56,317 nt of DNA from an uncultured Thermotogaceae bacterium (GTDB taxonomy: Bacteria; Thermotogota; Thermotogae; MWEM01), in the NCBI GenBank assembly GCA_964629135.1, contig CAZVPY010000001.1:38011-94327 (forward strand), written 5' to 3'. The notes below the pieces were generated by a model that searched no databases, was not told where the DNA came from, and saw nothing but the letters and a program-made list of their open reading frames with translations. Positions within the stretch are counted from its first letter, which is position 1; each line of letters opens with the position of its first letter. A program made the translations under genes and the position numbers. Shown piece by piece: positions 28,515-38,044 of the stretch.

Positions 28515-29666
28515 TCAAGACTGAAAAAAGGTTTTTATCGCGTTGGCAATATGCTGTGCTATCCCTTTTTCAAAAGGATAAGGCAGGATTTTGTCCACGG
28601 ATATTTGATCCTCAGGTAGAAATGATGCCAAAGCTTGGGCAGCTTTCATCTTTACTTCATCTGTAATTTGCTTTCTAGCTTCAACAGCCGCTTTCATAAT
28701 CCCCGGAAAGGCTAACACATTGTTTACTTGATTGGGGAAATCAGATCTGCCTGTCCCAACAATCACAGCACCTGCTTTTAAAGCTTCTTGAGGGGATATT
28801 TCCGGAACAGGATTTGCCATAGCAAATACAATAGCATCTCGGTTCATACTGCTAATCATCTTCCCATCAACGACATCTGGTGCTGATACGCCGATAAAAA
28901 TATCTGAATTAACAATGATTTTCCTCAGATCACCTTTTTCATTTTGAGGGTTGGTTCTCTTTGCCATTAAAATTTGTTCTTCATTTAAATCATTTGCCCC
29001 TCTATAAATGGCACCGTTGATGTCACATAAAACAACCTTTTCAAAACCATAACCAATCAACAATTTTGCTATGGCAATCCCAGCTGCACCAGCACCATTA
29101 ATAACGACTTTACAGTCTTTGACAGGCTTATGAACAAGCTTTAGTGCATTGATGATTGCAGCAAGTACAACGACTGCAGTCCCATGTTGATCATCATGAA
29201 ACACCGGTATATTAAGGACTTCCTTCAATCTTTTTTCTATATAAAAACATCTTGGAGCTGAAATATCTTCCAAATTAATTCCACCAAAAACAGGAGAAAT
29301 ATTGATCACGGTTTGAATAATCTCCTCGCTGTTTTGTGTTTTCAAACAAAGGGGAAATGCATTGAGATCTGCAAATTCCTTGAAAAGAACTGCTTTCCCC
29401 TCCATAACCGGTAAAGCGGCTTGAGGACCAATGTTTCCCAATCCCAAAACTGCTGAACCATCACTGACTATGGCAATTGTATTGCCTTTTATTGTATAAT
29501 CATATAGATTGCCAGGATTCTTTACAATTTCTTTGCAGGGAGCGGCAACTCCGGGGGTGTAAGCTATACTAAGATCTTCTTTGTTTTGAACGATTGATTT
29601 TACATGGGTGGAAATCTTTCCTTGCCACTTTTTATGGCGTTCAAGAGATTTTTTGTAAATATCCAA
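28515..29666 (-). CDS. NAD(P)-dependent malic enzyme (short bacterial form)
   Basis: It has LSIAYTPGVAAPC, GLGNIGPQAALPVMEGKAVLFKEFA, FGGINLEDISAPRCF, VFHDDQHGTAVV, VINGAGAAGIA and ANPVPEI. The start is TTG, with AAGGGGAGGAAG upstream. Confidence 0.9.
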   Translation of the reverse strand: MDIYKKSLERHKKWQGKISTHVKSIVQNKEDLSIAYTPGVAAPCKEIVKNPGNLYDYTIKGNTIAIVSDGSAVLGLGNIGPQAALPVMEGKAVLFKEFADLNAFPLCLKTQNSEEIIQTVINISPVFGGINLEDISAPRCFYIEKRLKEVLNIPVFHDDQHGTAVVVLAAIINALKLVHKPVKDCKVVINGAGAAGIAIAKLLIGYGFEKVVLCDINGAIYRGANDLNEEQILMAKRTNPQNEKGDLRKIIVNSDIFIGVSAPDVVDGKMISSMNRDAIVFAMANPVPEISPQEALKAGAVIVGTGRSDFPNQVNNVLAFPGIMKAAVEARKQITDEVKMKAAQALASFLPEDQISVDKILPYPFEKGIAQHIANAIKTFFQS

Positions 29667-29743
29667 ATTCTTCCTCCCCTTAGTTTTTTTTATTATATAT
29701 TAATTTTCCCAAAATGCAAAGAATCAAAGGGAGGTTTTTTACC

Positions 29744-32251
29744 ATGAAAAGATTTATATTGATTATTATAGTCCTGTTAACCTGCATTTGTTCCTTCTCA
29801 CAACAGTATTATCACTTTCCAACAGAACATTTTGATGTATATTATCAAAAGGCTTCCAGAGAATCAGCCGTTCAGTTGATACAAGAGGGTAAAAAAATAT
29901 TCGAAACTTTGACCGATTTTTATGGCATTCAACCCAAAAAGAGATTAAAGGTTTACTTGCTGGATACCGTTGATTTTTCCAATGCCTATGCCGACATCTT
30001 TTCTAATGCTATCATTATTTACATCAACCGAAATGGTTCTGATTATTACAGCAACACCTATAAATGGTGGGTCCCTTTTGTCTTTTCTCATGAATTAACC
30101 CATATTTTAGTAGCCAATAAATCAGATTGGACGAAAGATCTCCTGGGAATTTTCGGTCATCCTGTTTCTGTTCTCTACGATACCGCCTTCACACCTTCTC
30201 ATTTCCACGAAGGAGTATCCATCTATTCAGAATCCCTTCTTTTCCAAGAAGGAAGACTCAATGATCATCGGTATCTCTCCTATCTAAAAGCTGAAATTCA
30301 GGATAATGGTTTCAAGGGATTATCTTTAGCCGGTGGGATGACATCTCCTGAGTTTACTCCAACGGGATTTAATTATCTATATGGATCCTATTTTATTCAG
30401 TATATAGAAGAAGAATTTGGTTCTCAAGCGGTTTCAACTATTGTGAATCAATATGGCCAAAAATACAGATTCAACTTTATTCACGCCATGGAAGAGATCA
30501 GTCAAAAGCCTTATCCTGAATTGATTGCACATTGGAAATCATGGCTGTATGAGATCACTGCTAAGCAACCAGCTTCTGACAACTATCAATTTGAAAACAT
30601 CACTAATGCAGGTTATTATTCAGGAATCAGCGATGTTTCAGATCATTACCTTTATTATTTTTCACAAGCTAAAGGAACCCAAACTACGCTGTATAGAAAA
30701 GATGATTCTGAAATTTCTTCAATGATTTTACCCATACCAACAGATTTTGCCGTCTCACCATCGGATCATATCGCCCTTATTTACGCAAATTCTAATGGTT
30801 ATGAACAATATGACCTAAACCTATATACCGGAAGGTTTATGGGGTCATTTAAACGGTTAGAAGAGATAAAAAGACCCGTATCTGTTGAATGGTTAGATGA
30901 TGACACATTGGTTTATTGTTTTTTGGAAAATGGGGGCACGGGTCTGGCTACTTATAATTTGTTAGATAAAAAAACAACCTATCTTCTGTCGCCAAGTCCG
31001 GATTTTTACATCAACGACATCAGTTGCTATCAAGGGCGGCTCATTTTATCCATTACTTATAACGGAACCGCTGACATTTATGAGTTAGATATCGAAGAAA
31101 ATAAACTTCGGGTTTTATTTCAAACTGTATCCGATGAAATTGATGTTTTTCTATGTTCAAAAGGTATCTTATTTGCCAGCGATCAAGAAGGTGAATTTGA
31201 CATTTATCTCTATGATGAATCAGATTCTTCTCGGAACAAGTTAACTGATTCTCAGTATGGAGCTTTTAATCCAATTTGTTTCAATGATACAGTTTATTTT
31301 AGGACTTATTCTGGAATGGGCTTTGATTTTATTCGACTGATCCAAGGGGTTGATAAGCCTGTTGTTTTTAATGGTCAATCATATGATTATCCTGAAATAA
31401 ATATTAAAGAAGATCCGGTAATCAAAAATGTTCTTGAAAAATGGCATTATAAACATACACCGTTACCTACCCCTCGGTTCGGAATTCCAGCGCTTTTCAT
31501 TCTAAATAATCAACTTACAGGCATTGCGGGTTTTGCTGGATGGGATGACTTAAAAGAATGGATATGGTATGGATATCTTGGGGGAATAGGAGAATATTTT
31601 GCATGGGATTATTCTCTCATGCACAGAGGATTTCCCGATTTCCAGTTGACTTGGAATGGAAACCCTAATTATGAAGAATTACGGGCTGCTTTTCATTTTC
31701 CTTTTGCTTTGAGAGAAGATGAAAGGGCTGCTTACATTGAACCAGCCATCAATTTGGGAGTCAATCATACACGAAATGATTTGCCATGGAAAGTAATCAC
31801 AGACTTTTATTTACATCAAGCTTTTAACCCGATTGTCTATCCGGATAATCCTGTTTCAGTACCTCAATTCCTTCAAGTTATTCAATTAGGGACATCAGGT
31901 TTTTTCTCCCAGACAGGTATTGGATTGGCACTTCCTTATTCTATGACAGGAATGATTAGCCAGAGAACGGCATATTCAAACACCTCATTACAGGCAGAAA
32001 CATGGTATCCTATGAATTTTATACCATCTGTGGGTACTTCTGAAGGGAAATTTAAATTATCATCTCCGATTCTTCATCTCGGAATAAATACTGATTTATC
32101 AAAAAAAATGCCCTTTGCTGGGATTATTGGTCTTTGGATTGATGTTGGACTTCAATATTGGCTGGATTTCAGATTAACAATTGATTTCTACATAGGAGAA
32201 GAAATACAACCAAAAATTGGAATACAAAATACTCTTTTGGGAATGATCTAA
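29744..32251 (+). CDS. large exported protein: Peptidase_MA-like HExxH domain + TolB/PD40-like repeats + C-terminal beta-rich domain
   Basis: I chose the ATG at 29744 (MKRFILIIIVLLTCICSF, a signal peptide) because GGGAGG sits 7 nt upstream. It has FSHELTHIL (HExxH) followed by HFHEGVSIYSES. The middle region has repeats of the type DIYLYD....KLTDSQYGAFNP. The functional call is tentative. Confidence 0.55.
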   Translation: MKRFILIIIVLLTCICSFSQQYYHFPTEHFDVYYQKASRESAVQLIQEGKKIFETLTDFYGIQPKKRLKVYLLDTVDFSNAYADIFSNAIIIYINRNGSDYYSNTYKWWVPFVFSHELTHILVANKSDWTKDLLGIFGHPVSVLYDTAFTPSHFHEGVSIYSESLLFQEGRLNDHRYLSYLKAEIQDNGFKGLSLAGGMTSPEFTPTGFNYLYGSYFIQYIEEEFGSQAVSTIVNQYGQKYRFNFIHAMEEISQKPYPELIAHWKSWLYEITAKQPASDNYQFENITNAGYYSGISDVSDHYLYYFSQAKGTQTTLYRKDDSEISSMILPIPTDFAVSPSDHIALIYANSNGYEQYDLNLYTGRFMGSFKRLEEIKRPVSVEWLDDDTLVYCFLENGGTGLATYNLLDKKTTYLLSPSPDFYINDISCYQGRLILSITYNGTADIYELDIEENKLRVLFQTVSDEIDVFLCSKGILFASDQEGEFDIYLYDESDSSRNKLTDSQYGAFNPICFNDTVYFRTYSGMGFDFIRLIQGVDKPVVFNGQSYDYPEINIKEDPVIKNVLEKWHYKHTPLPTPRFGIPALFILNNQLTGIAGFAGWDDLKEWIWYGYLGGIGEYFAWDYSLMHRGFPDFQLTWNGNPNYEELRAAFHFPFALREDERAAYIEPAINLGVNHTRNDLPWKVITDFYLHQAFNPIVYPDNPVSVPQFLQVIQLGTSGFFSQTGIGLALPYSMTGMISQRTAYSNTSLQAETWYPMNFIPSVGTSEGKFKLSSPILHLGINTDLSKKMPFAGIIGLWIDVGLQYWLDFRLTIDFYIGEEIQPKIGIQNTLLGMI

Positions 32252-32305
32252 AAAAAGGTATTTGATTAAACCATTCTGATTAAACTCTCATAATAAGGAG
32301 CAAAT

Positions 32306-33082
32306 ATGATCAAAATTAATAACCTGACATTTTCATACGATGTAAAAGCAAAACCCGTTTTAAAAGACCTGTCTCTGGAAATCAAACAAGGAGAATTTTT
32401 TGGAATAATTGGGCCAAACGGAGCGGGTAAAACAACCCTCTTTAAACTTTTACTGGGTTTTTTATCCCCATCAAAAGGGTTTATTGAACTTCTGGGAAAA
32501 CCATTAAACAAAATGAAAAGGAAAGAAATAGCAAAAAAACTTTCAGCAGTTATGCAAGAGTTCTACCCGGCTTATGATTTTACCGTTGAAGAAATTGTTC
32601 ATTTAGGAAGAACACCTTACTTAAATATGTTCTCGGATGAATCTAAAGATGACTGTATGATGGTTAAAAAAGCGATAGAAGAAACCGAATTGGAGGGTTT
32701 TGAAGAAAAATTGTTTAATCATCTGAGTGGCGGTGAAAAGCAACGTGTCTTAATTGCCAAATGTTTTGCCCAAAATACCCCGATCATTTTACTAGATGAA
32801 TTTGTTGCGCACCTTGATATTGGACATGTACAACAGTTAATTAAACGTGTCTATAAAAAAAATAGGGATGATGGCATCACAGTAGTTGGTATTTTTCATG
32901 ATATCAACATAGCCTCTCTTTACTGTGATAGAATAGCTGTTTTAAATGATTCGAAACTAGAAACGGTTGGCCAACCATCGGAAGTTATTAATAATAAGTT
33001 GTTGGAACTTGTTTATCATGCTGATTCATACATCTTCCAACACCAAGATGATCACAAACCGCAGATTGTTTTAAGGAAATAA
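32306..33082 (+). CDS. ABC transporter ATP-binding protein (FepC/BtuD-like), no adjacent permease
   Basis: It has Walker A GPNGAGKTT, the signature LSGGEKQRV, Walker B ILLDEFVAHLD and the H-loop GIFHDIN. AAGGAG lies upstream of the ATG. Confidence 0.85.
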   Translation: MIKINNLTFSYDVKAKPVLKDLSLEIKQGEFFGIIGPNGAGKTTLFKLLLGFLSPSKGFIELLGKPLNKMKRKEIAKKLSAVMQEFYPAYDFTVEEIVHLGRTPYLNMFSDESKDDCMMVKKAIEETELEGFEEKLFNHLSGGEKQRVLIAKCFAQNTPIILLDEFVAHLDIGHVQQLIKRVYKKNRDDGITVVGIFHDINIASLYCDRIAVLNDSKLETVGQPSEVINNKLLELVYHADSYIFQHQDDHKPQIVLRK

Positions 33083-33086
33083 ATGT

Positions 33087-33371
33087 ATGTTTATTCTGAC
33101 TAAACTGATTTTAACGATACGAGTGGATCAAGTTTTTTCACTCAAACAAAAAAGATCCATAATAAATAAAATAAAAACACATATACTTAATACTTATAAT
33201 GCCTGCTTTGCAGAAAGTCACCAACAAGATTCACTTAGATATTTGGGAATTACTATTGGAATATTATCAAACAAAAAAAACGGACTTAAATCACTTTTAG
33301 AAAAGCTGATGGAAGAGATAGAAATCATCAGTGAAGGTTTTATCGAAAAAGATGAAATCGACAATATTTAA
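33087..33371 (+). CDS. DUF503 (YlxP-like) protein
   Basis: The 94-aa ORF has SLKQKRSIINKIKTHILNTYNACFAESHQQDSLRYLGITIGILS, colinear with B. subtilis YlxP (SLKEKRAVLKRI...FNVSISEIGHQD). Confidence 0.78.
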   Translation: MFILTKLILTIRVDQVFSLKQKRSIINKIKTHILNTYNACFAESHQQDSLRYLGITIGILSNKKNGLKSLLEKLMEEIEIISEGFIEKDEIDNI

Positions 33372-33400
33372 ACGGGCGAAAGGATTTCGCCCGTTTATTT
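33370..33400. terminator. bidirectional intrinsic terminator between convergent DUF503 and fur-family genes
   Basis: AAACGGGCGAA (33370-33380) pairs with TTCGCCCGTTT (33386-33396) and is followed by ATTT on the plus strand. It starts at the last base of the DUF503 stop codon. Confidence 0.7.
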
Positions 33401-33407
33401 GTAGCTT

Positions 33408-33845
33408 TTATTTCTGATTCTTTATGCAACTCGCACATTTACCGTAAAATTTTATATTGTGGTCTTCCGGTTCAAAGCCCGTTTCCTGTATTACCATTTC
33501 TTCAATCTTTTCGACTAGTTCATCTGGGATCGTCATTGTTTCACCACAATCGGTACAAATTAGATGATGTTTACCATGTTTGTTACTATCGGCTAATTCG
33601 AATCGTACAATTCCTTCATCAATCTCAATTTTTCTTAATAAACCGAGATCACTTAGCAACTCTACCGTTCTGTACACCGTTGCCTTACTAATTCTTGATC
33701 GTTTATCAAGTAATTTCCTGTAAACTTCTTCAACACTAAGATGATCTTCAGGAGATTCAGCAAAAATTCTCATAATAAGCTCTCTTTGAGCCGTGATTCT
33801 AAAATTTCTATCCTTTAATTCTTTTCTCAAAATATCATTAACCAT
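33408..33845 (-). CDS. Fur-family metalloregulator
   Basis: It has RITAQRELIMRIF, VEEVYRKL...ISKATVYRTVELL, HHLICTDCGE and a C-terminal CASC (Cys4 site). The start is uncertain. The ATG at 33845 follows GGGAGGTG by 13 nt, while the track start at 33866 overlaps that SD-like sequence. Confidence 0.85.
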   Translation of the reverse strand: MVNDILRKELKDRNFRITAQRELIMRIFAESPEDHLSVEEVYRKLLDKRSRISKATVYRTVELLSDLGLLRKIEIDEGIVRFELADSNKHGKHHLICTDCGETMTIPDELVEKIEEMVIQETGFEPEDHNIKFYGKCASCIKNQK

Positions 33846-33939
33846 CTTTTTCTCAGCACCTCCCATATGCTATATCTTAATCATTTATAATTTTATCAGT
33901 TTTACGTTTAAAATGAAATACGATTATATTATATTTTTG

Positions 33940-34188
33940 TTAATTTTTGCTATTGTATCTTGAAATAATTATTGTCCCAACCACATTTAAAACCAATAAA
34001 ACAAGGATAATGTCTAAAATGTACGGTAAATCGTTTAACATCGCATATAACATAAACAAGGTCAGGACTTTCATACCAATAGAATTCATTTGCACGAGTA
34101 TATTCCAATTATTCCTTTTTCTTAGTGCATTTACTAGCTGAAATCCAAGAAGAACGACTATTGAAAAAAATAAGACAAACTCACTCAA
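33940..34188 (-). CDS. small hypothetical membrane protein (82 aa, ~3 TM)
   Basis: The TTG start overlaps the queD stop (TTGA at 34185-34188), with CAGGGG 8 nt upstream. It has three hydrophobic segments. I recognise no family. Confidence 0.45.
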   Translation of the reverse strand: MSEFVLFFSIVVLLGFQLVNALRKRNNWNILVQMNSIGMKVLTLFMLYAMLNDLPYILDIILVLLVLNVVGTIIISRYNSKN

Positions 34189-34547
34189 ACTTCATCGCCC
34201 CTGTATGTAACATAGCTTGTTTCAGTTTCAAACACCCTTATTTCATAAAGATGGTAAAGAGGATTACTCAAGCATAACACCAATCGTTCCCAAATCCATA
34301 TGGCGATTGATTCAGCGGTTGGTTGCTTTATGTGATCGTTTAGGTAAGAATGATCGAGAATATCCAAAACCTGCTCTTTTACAACGCTCTTTAACACCAA
34401 AAAATCTATGATCATTTGCTCCTCATCTAATTTCCCTTCGACCGTTACATCCAAACGATAAGTATGACCATGTAATTTCTCACATTTACCATGGTATTTT
34501 ATCAAATTATGGGCTGCATCAAATTTAAAGGTTTTAGTAATTAGCAT
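34185..34547 (-). CDS. queD: 6-carboxy-5,6,7,8-tetrahydropterin synthase
   Basis: It has FKFDAAHNL..YHGKCEKLHGHTYRLDV and is 120 aa long. GAGAGGG lies upstream of the ATG. Confidence 0.9.
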   Translation of the reverse strand: MLITKTFKFDAAHNLIKYHGKCEKLHGHTYRLDVTVEGKLDEEQMIIDFLVLKSVVKEQVLDILDHSYLNDHIKQPTAESIAIWIWERLVLCLSNPLYHLYEIRVFETETSYVTYRGDEV

Positions 34548-34550
34548 CCA

Positions 34551-36989
34551 TTAACCCTCTCTCAACTCTAATCCTTCCTCTTTAAATATCTGGATTACAC
34601 CATTGAAGTTACGATTGAGTTCTGATTCGGTCAGCGTATGATTGGTTGATCTGAACAATACTGAGAGGGTGATACTATTATAGCCTTTTGGTATGTTTTT
34701 CCCGCTGTAAACATCAATGATGGTTACATTCTCAACAAAATCGATATGTTTAATCTTTTTAATAATATGACCCATTTCAGTTCCTTTACCTACTAAAACT
34801 GAAAAATCTTTTCTGCTGGCGGGGAAATTTGTTCCCAAAATGGACCTCCATTTTCTCTGAGTTACGTTTTGGAGTTGTTGAATTCTTTCCAGATCCAGTT
34901 CGCAAAAGAAAGTAATGTCTGTTACGGCAAACGCATCAAGTATTTCTTGTCTAATCATCCCAAAAACACCTATTTGCTCACCATTTAACAAAATACTTGC
35001 CGATTGTCCCGGATACATGATCTGTGTATAAATGGTATCATTTTTTAGCCTATCAAAGACAATTTTTTCATTATCTATTTCCAGATGCCACAAAATCTCT
35101 TCTATTGAACCTTTAAAATTAAAAAAATCTACGCGTTGTTTACTCTGATAATCTTCCGGGTCAATTTTACCTGTAGCAGCCATTATAAGTCTTTCACGCT
35201 CTTGAAAACATCCATTTTCATCAAGCAGAAAAGATGATCCGGTCTCAAAGAGTTTTAAATCGTACTGTTGATGTGAATGATTATATCCCAGTGTTTTTAA
35301 CATAGTAATAAACAATGAAGGACGTAGAATTGACATGTCTTTTGACAATGATTTCATAATCTCAATCTTGTCTTTATTCCAAGAAAAATTCTTATCTTTA
35401 GATATCTTCAAAATATCATCTGGATCGATCAACGAAATGGGAATAATTTCGTTGTACCCAGCAGCCATTACCAACTCTCTAATATTGTATCTAAAAGTTT
35501 GAAAAGAGTCTCTCGATTTTGAATAACCTCTTAAATAAGGAATTCTCGAAGGAATCTTATCATAACCAACGACTCTTCCAATCTCTTCAATCAGATCGAC
35601 TTCTCTTTCAATATCCGGTCTGAAGGTTGGTATGTTTACCTCCCACCTATCGCCATCTGAACTTCTTTTAATGTCAAAATCTAAATGAATCAAACAGTCT
35701 TCGATTTGTGAAGTAGTATAATTGATTCCTAACAATTTTTCAACTTTTTCTTTTCTCAATAATACCTGCTTGGATTTTATGGGATTATGATACACATCCA
35801 ATAACTCTTTGGCTGGGTTTCCAGATGCCAGTTGTGATATCAAATGGGCTAATCTTTTTAAAACATATTCTGCGTCATTTGGATCTACACCTCTTTCAAA
35901 GCGATATGAAGAATCACTCATGATATTCAACCTTCGAGCGATTTTTCTAATCTTAACAGGATTAAAATAGGCAACTTCCAAAAATACCGTTTTTGTCTTT
36001 TCGGTTACTCCTGTACCTTCACCACCCATTATACCGGCCAATGCAAGGGGATTTTTCCCATCAGTAATTAATAACTCATCACCCGTAAACTCCGGAGTTT
36101 CCTCATTTAATAACTGTAAGGTTTCTTTTTCTTTTGCCAATCTCACCACGATCGATTTATTTTCAAGTTTATCGTAATCAAAAGCATGTACCGGATGCCC
36201 GGTTTCCATTAAAATATAATTGGTGATATCTACTACGTTATTTATCGGCCTGATACCAATTGACATCAAATCTCTCTTTAACCAGAGAGGTGAAGGTTGA
36301 ACCTTTACATCCTCAATAATCAATCCAGAATAACGATTACAAAATTCAGGGTTTTCAATTTTGATGGACATAAAATCAGATGTTGTTTTCTCACTGGTTT
36401 GATAAGAAACAGGTTGGTCTTTTATATTTCTGTGATCATTTATAAGTGCCCTTATTTCTCTTGCAACACCCAAAAACGACAATTCATCGGGTCTGTTAGC
36501 AGTTATTTCAAGATCATAGATACTATCATCAAGATCGAATAATTGAACAACATCTAACCCATTTTCAACTCTTTCTGAAAATCGATAAACCCCTTGTGAT
36601 TTCTGTTCCAGTTTCAGTTCTTCAAGAGAACACATCATTCCCTCAGAAGATTCTCCACGCAATTTGGCCTTTTTGATTTTAAATCCATCTTTTAAAGTTG
36701 CACCGATCTTGGCCAAAGGAATAATATCTCCTTCTTTTAAGGAAGTGTCACCGGTTACAATCTGATACTGATTATCCTTTGTATCCACCTTGCAGATAAT
36801 CAGTTTATCGGCATTAGGATGGTTTGTAATCTGTGTAATTGTCCCCGTATAAACACCGGAAATTTCTTGCCAAGGTTTATCGATACTTTCCACAGATGTT
36901 CCACTTAGACTTAGCAAGCTATCCAACTTTTCATCCTCTATATCTAATACATCGATATATTTATTCAACCATTTTTTGGAAATAAGCAT
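34551..36989 (-). CDS. pheT: phenylalanyl-tRNA synthetase beta subunit
   Basis: The 812-aa ORF has an N-terminal tRNA-binding OB domain (HPNADKLIICKVD), a B3/4 domain, a B5 domain and a C-terminal FDX-ACB domain. It lies immediately downstream of pheS. Confidence 0.95.
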   Translation of the reverse strand: MLISKKWLNKYIDVLDIEDEKLDSLLSLSGTSVESIDKPWQEISGVYTGTITQITNHPNADKLIICKVDTKDNQYQIVTGDTSLKEGDIIPLAKIGATLKDGFKIKKAKLRGESSEGMMCSLEELKLEQKSQGVYRFSERVENGLDVVQLFDLDDSIYDLEITANRPDELSFLGVAREIRALINDHRNIKDQPVSYQTSEKTTSDFMSIKIENPEFCNRYSGLIIEDVKVQPSPLWLKRDLMSIGIRPINNVVDITNYILMETGHPVHAFDYDKLENKSIVVRLAKEKETLQLLNEETPEFTGDELLITDGKNPLALAGIMGGEGTGVTEKTKTVFLEVAYFNPVKIRKIARRLNIMSDSSYRFERGVDPNDAEYVLKRLAHLISQLASGNPAKELLDVYHNPIKSKQVLLRKEKVEKLLGINYTTSQIEDCLIHLDFDIKRSSDGDRWEVNIPTFRPDIEREVDLIEEIGRVVGYDKIPSRIPYLRGYSKSRDSFQTFRYNIRELVMAAGYNEIIPISLIDPDDILKISKDKNFSWNKDKIEIMKSLSKDMSILRPSLFITMLKTLGYNHSHQQYDLKLFETGSSFLLDENGCFQERERLIMAATGKIDPEDYQSKQRVDFFNFKGSIEEILWHLEIDNEKIVFDRLKNDTIYTQIMYPGQSASILLNGEQIGVFGMIRQEILDAFAVTDITFFCELDLERIQQLQNVTQRKWRSILGTNFPASRKDFSVLVGKGTEMGHIIKKIKHIDFVENVTIIDVYSGKNIPKGYNSITLSVLFRSTNHTLTESELNRNFNGVIQIFKEEGLELREG

Positions 36990-37000
36990 TCTTTACCTCC

Positions 37001-38023
37001 TTAAAGTTCCTGTCTCAAGAATCTGATATCGCCTCTTATAAGATCTCTGATATCAGTTAGGCCGTATTTTAACATGGTTAAACGCTCTATACCGGCTCCA
37101 AAAGCAAATCCACTCCAGACTTCAGGATCATAACCAACTGCCTTAAAGACATTGGGATCAACCATTCCCGCTCCAAGAACTTCAAGCCATTGTATCTTCC
37201 CATATTTATCTTTCCAACTGATATCCACTTCAAAACTGGGCTCAGTAAACGGGAAGAACGAAGGTCTAAGTCTAATGGTGATATCTTCTGAAAAAAGCTC
37301 TCTCATGAAATGTTCCAGAGTGCCTTTTAGATGTCCCACATTTACATTCTTATCCACAAATAATCCCTCTGTTTGATGAAACATGGGCAGATGCGTGGCA
37401 TCATAATCACTTCTGTAAACTTTTCCAGGTGCAATTACCGCAATCGGGGGCTCTTCTTTTTCCATAGTACGAATTTGAACAGGAGAAGTATGTGTACGGA
37501 GTAAATATTCGTTTTCTTTCAAATAAAAGCTGTCATGTTCATCCCTGGCAGGATGCCAGTCAGGTGTATTTAAGGCTTCAAAATTGTAAAAAACATTCTC
37601 AATTTCAGGACCCTCTTTAACAGCATAGCCTAAAGATATAAAGATCTCTTCGATTTCCTTCTGTGTTTTCTTTAGCAGATGCTCATAACCAGTCCTTCTT
37701 CTCGCCCCTGGCCTGGTAATATCAACATAAAGCTCTTCTTCCCGCTTTTCTTTGTCTTCAATAACCAACGCTTCTTTTTTTTCACTAAGATTTTCATTAA
37801 TCAAATCTTTACAAATATTTGTTTCCTGTCCTACTTGCGGGCGTAGTTCAGGATCTAATTTACCAAGTTGTTTTAGAAATCGAGTTGTCAAAATACCCTT
37901 TTTTCCCAAATATTTGACCCTTATCTCTTCAAGCTCTTTTTGACTGTGTACACCTATGATCTCATGGATTGCTTGTTGTTTCACCTTTTCCAGTTCTTCA
38001 AATATCTCGTTTTTTTTCTCCAT
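37001..38023 (-). CDS. pheS: phenylalanyl-tRNA synthetase alpha subunit
   Basis: It has the class II motifs HPARDEHDSFY, LLRTHTSPVQIR, GKVYRSD, FHQTEGL, FPFTEPS and GFAFGAGIERL. Confidence 0.95.
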   Translation of the reverse strand: MEKKNEIFEELEKVKQQAIHEIIGVHSQKELEEIRVKYLGKKGILTTRFLKQLGKLDPELRPQVGQETNICKDLINENLSEKKEALVIEDKEKREEELYVDITRPGARRRTGYEHLLKKTQKEIEEIFISLGYAVKEGPEIENVFYNFEALNTPDWHPARDEHDSFYLKENEYLLRTHTSPVQIRTMEKEEPPIAVIAPGKVYRSDYDATHLPMFHQTEGLFVDKNVNVGHLKGTLEHFMRELFSEDITIRLRPSFFPFTEPSFEVDISWKDKYGKIQWLEVLGAGMVDPNVFKAVGYDPEVWSGFAFGAGIERLTMLKYGLTDIRDLIRGDIRFLRQEL

Positions 38024-38044
38024 ACATGCCTCCCGAATCGTTCT

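Noticed and set aside
25760-29666. I considered a genomic island integrated at the tmRNA gene, since ssrA is a classical integration hotspot.
   Set aside because: No integrase gene is present. I found no repeat of the tmRNA 3' end downstream, and the flanking genes are ordinary metabolic genes.
33867-33939. A possible Fur box (ATAAATGATTAAGATATAG on the minus strand) lies upstream of the fur-family gene.
   Set aside because: It matches about 9 of 19 positions of the classical GATAATGATAATCATTATC consensus by my count. That is not distinguishable from background in AT-rich DNA.
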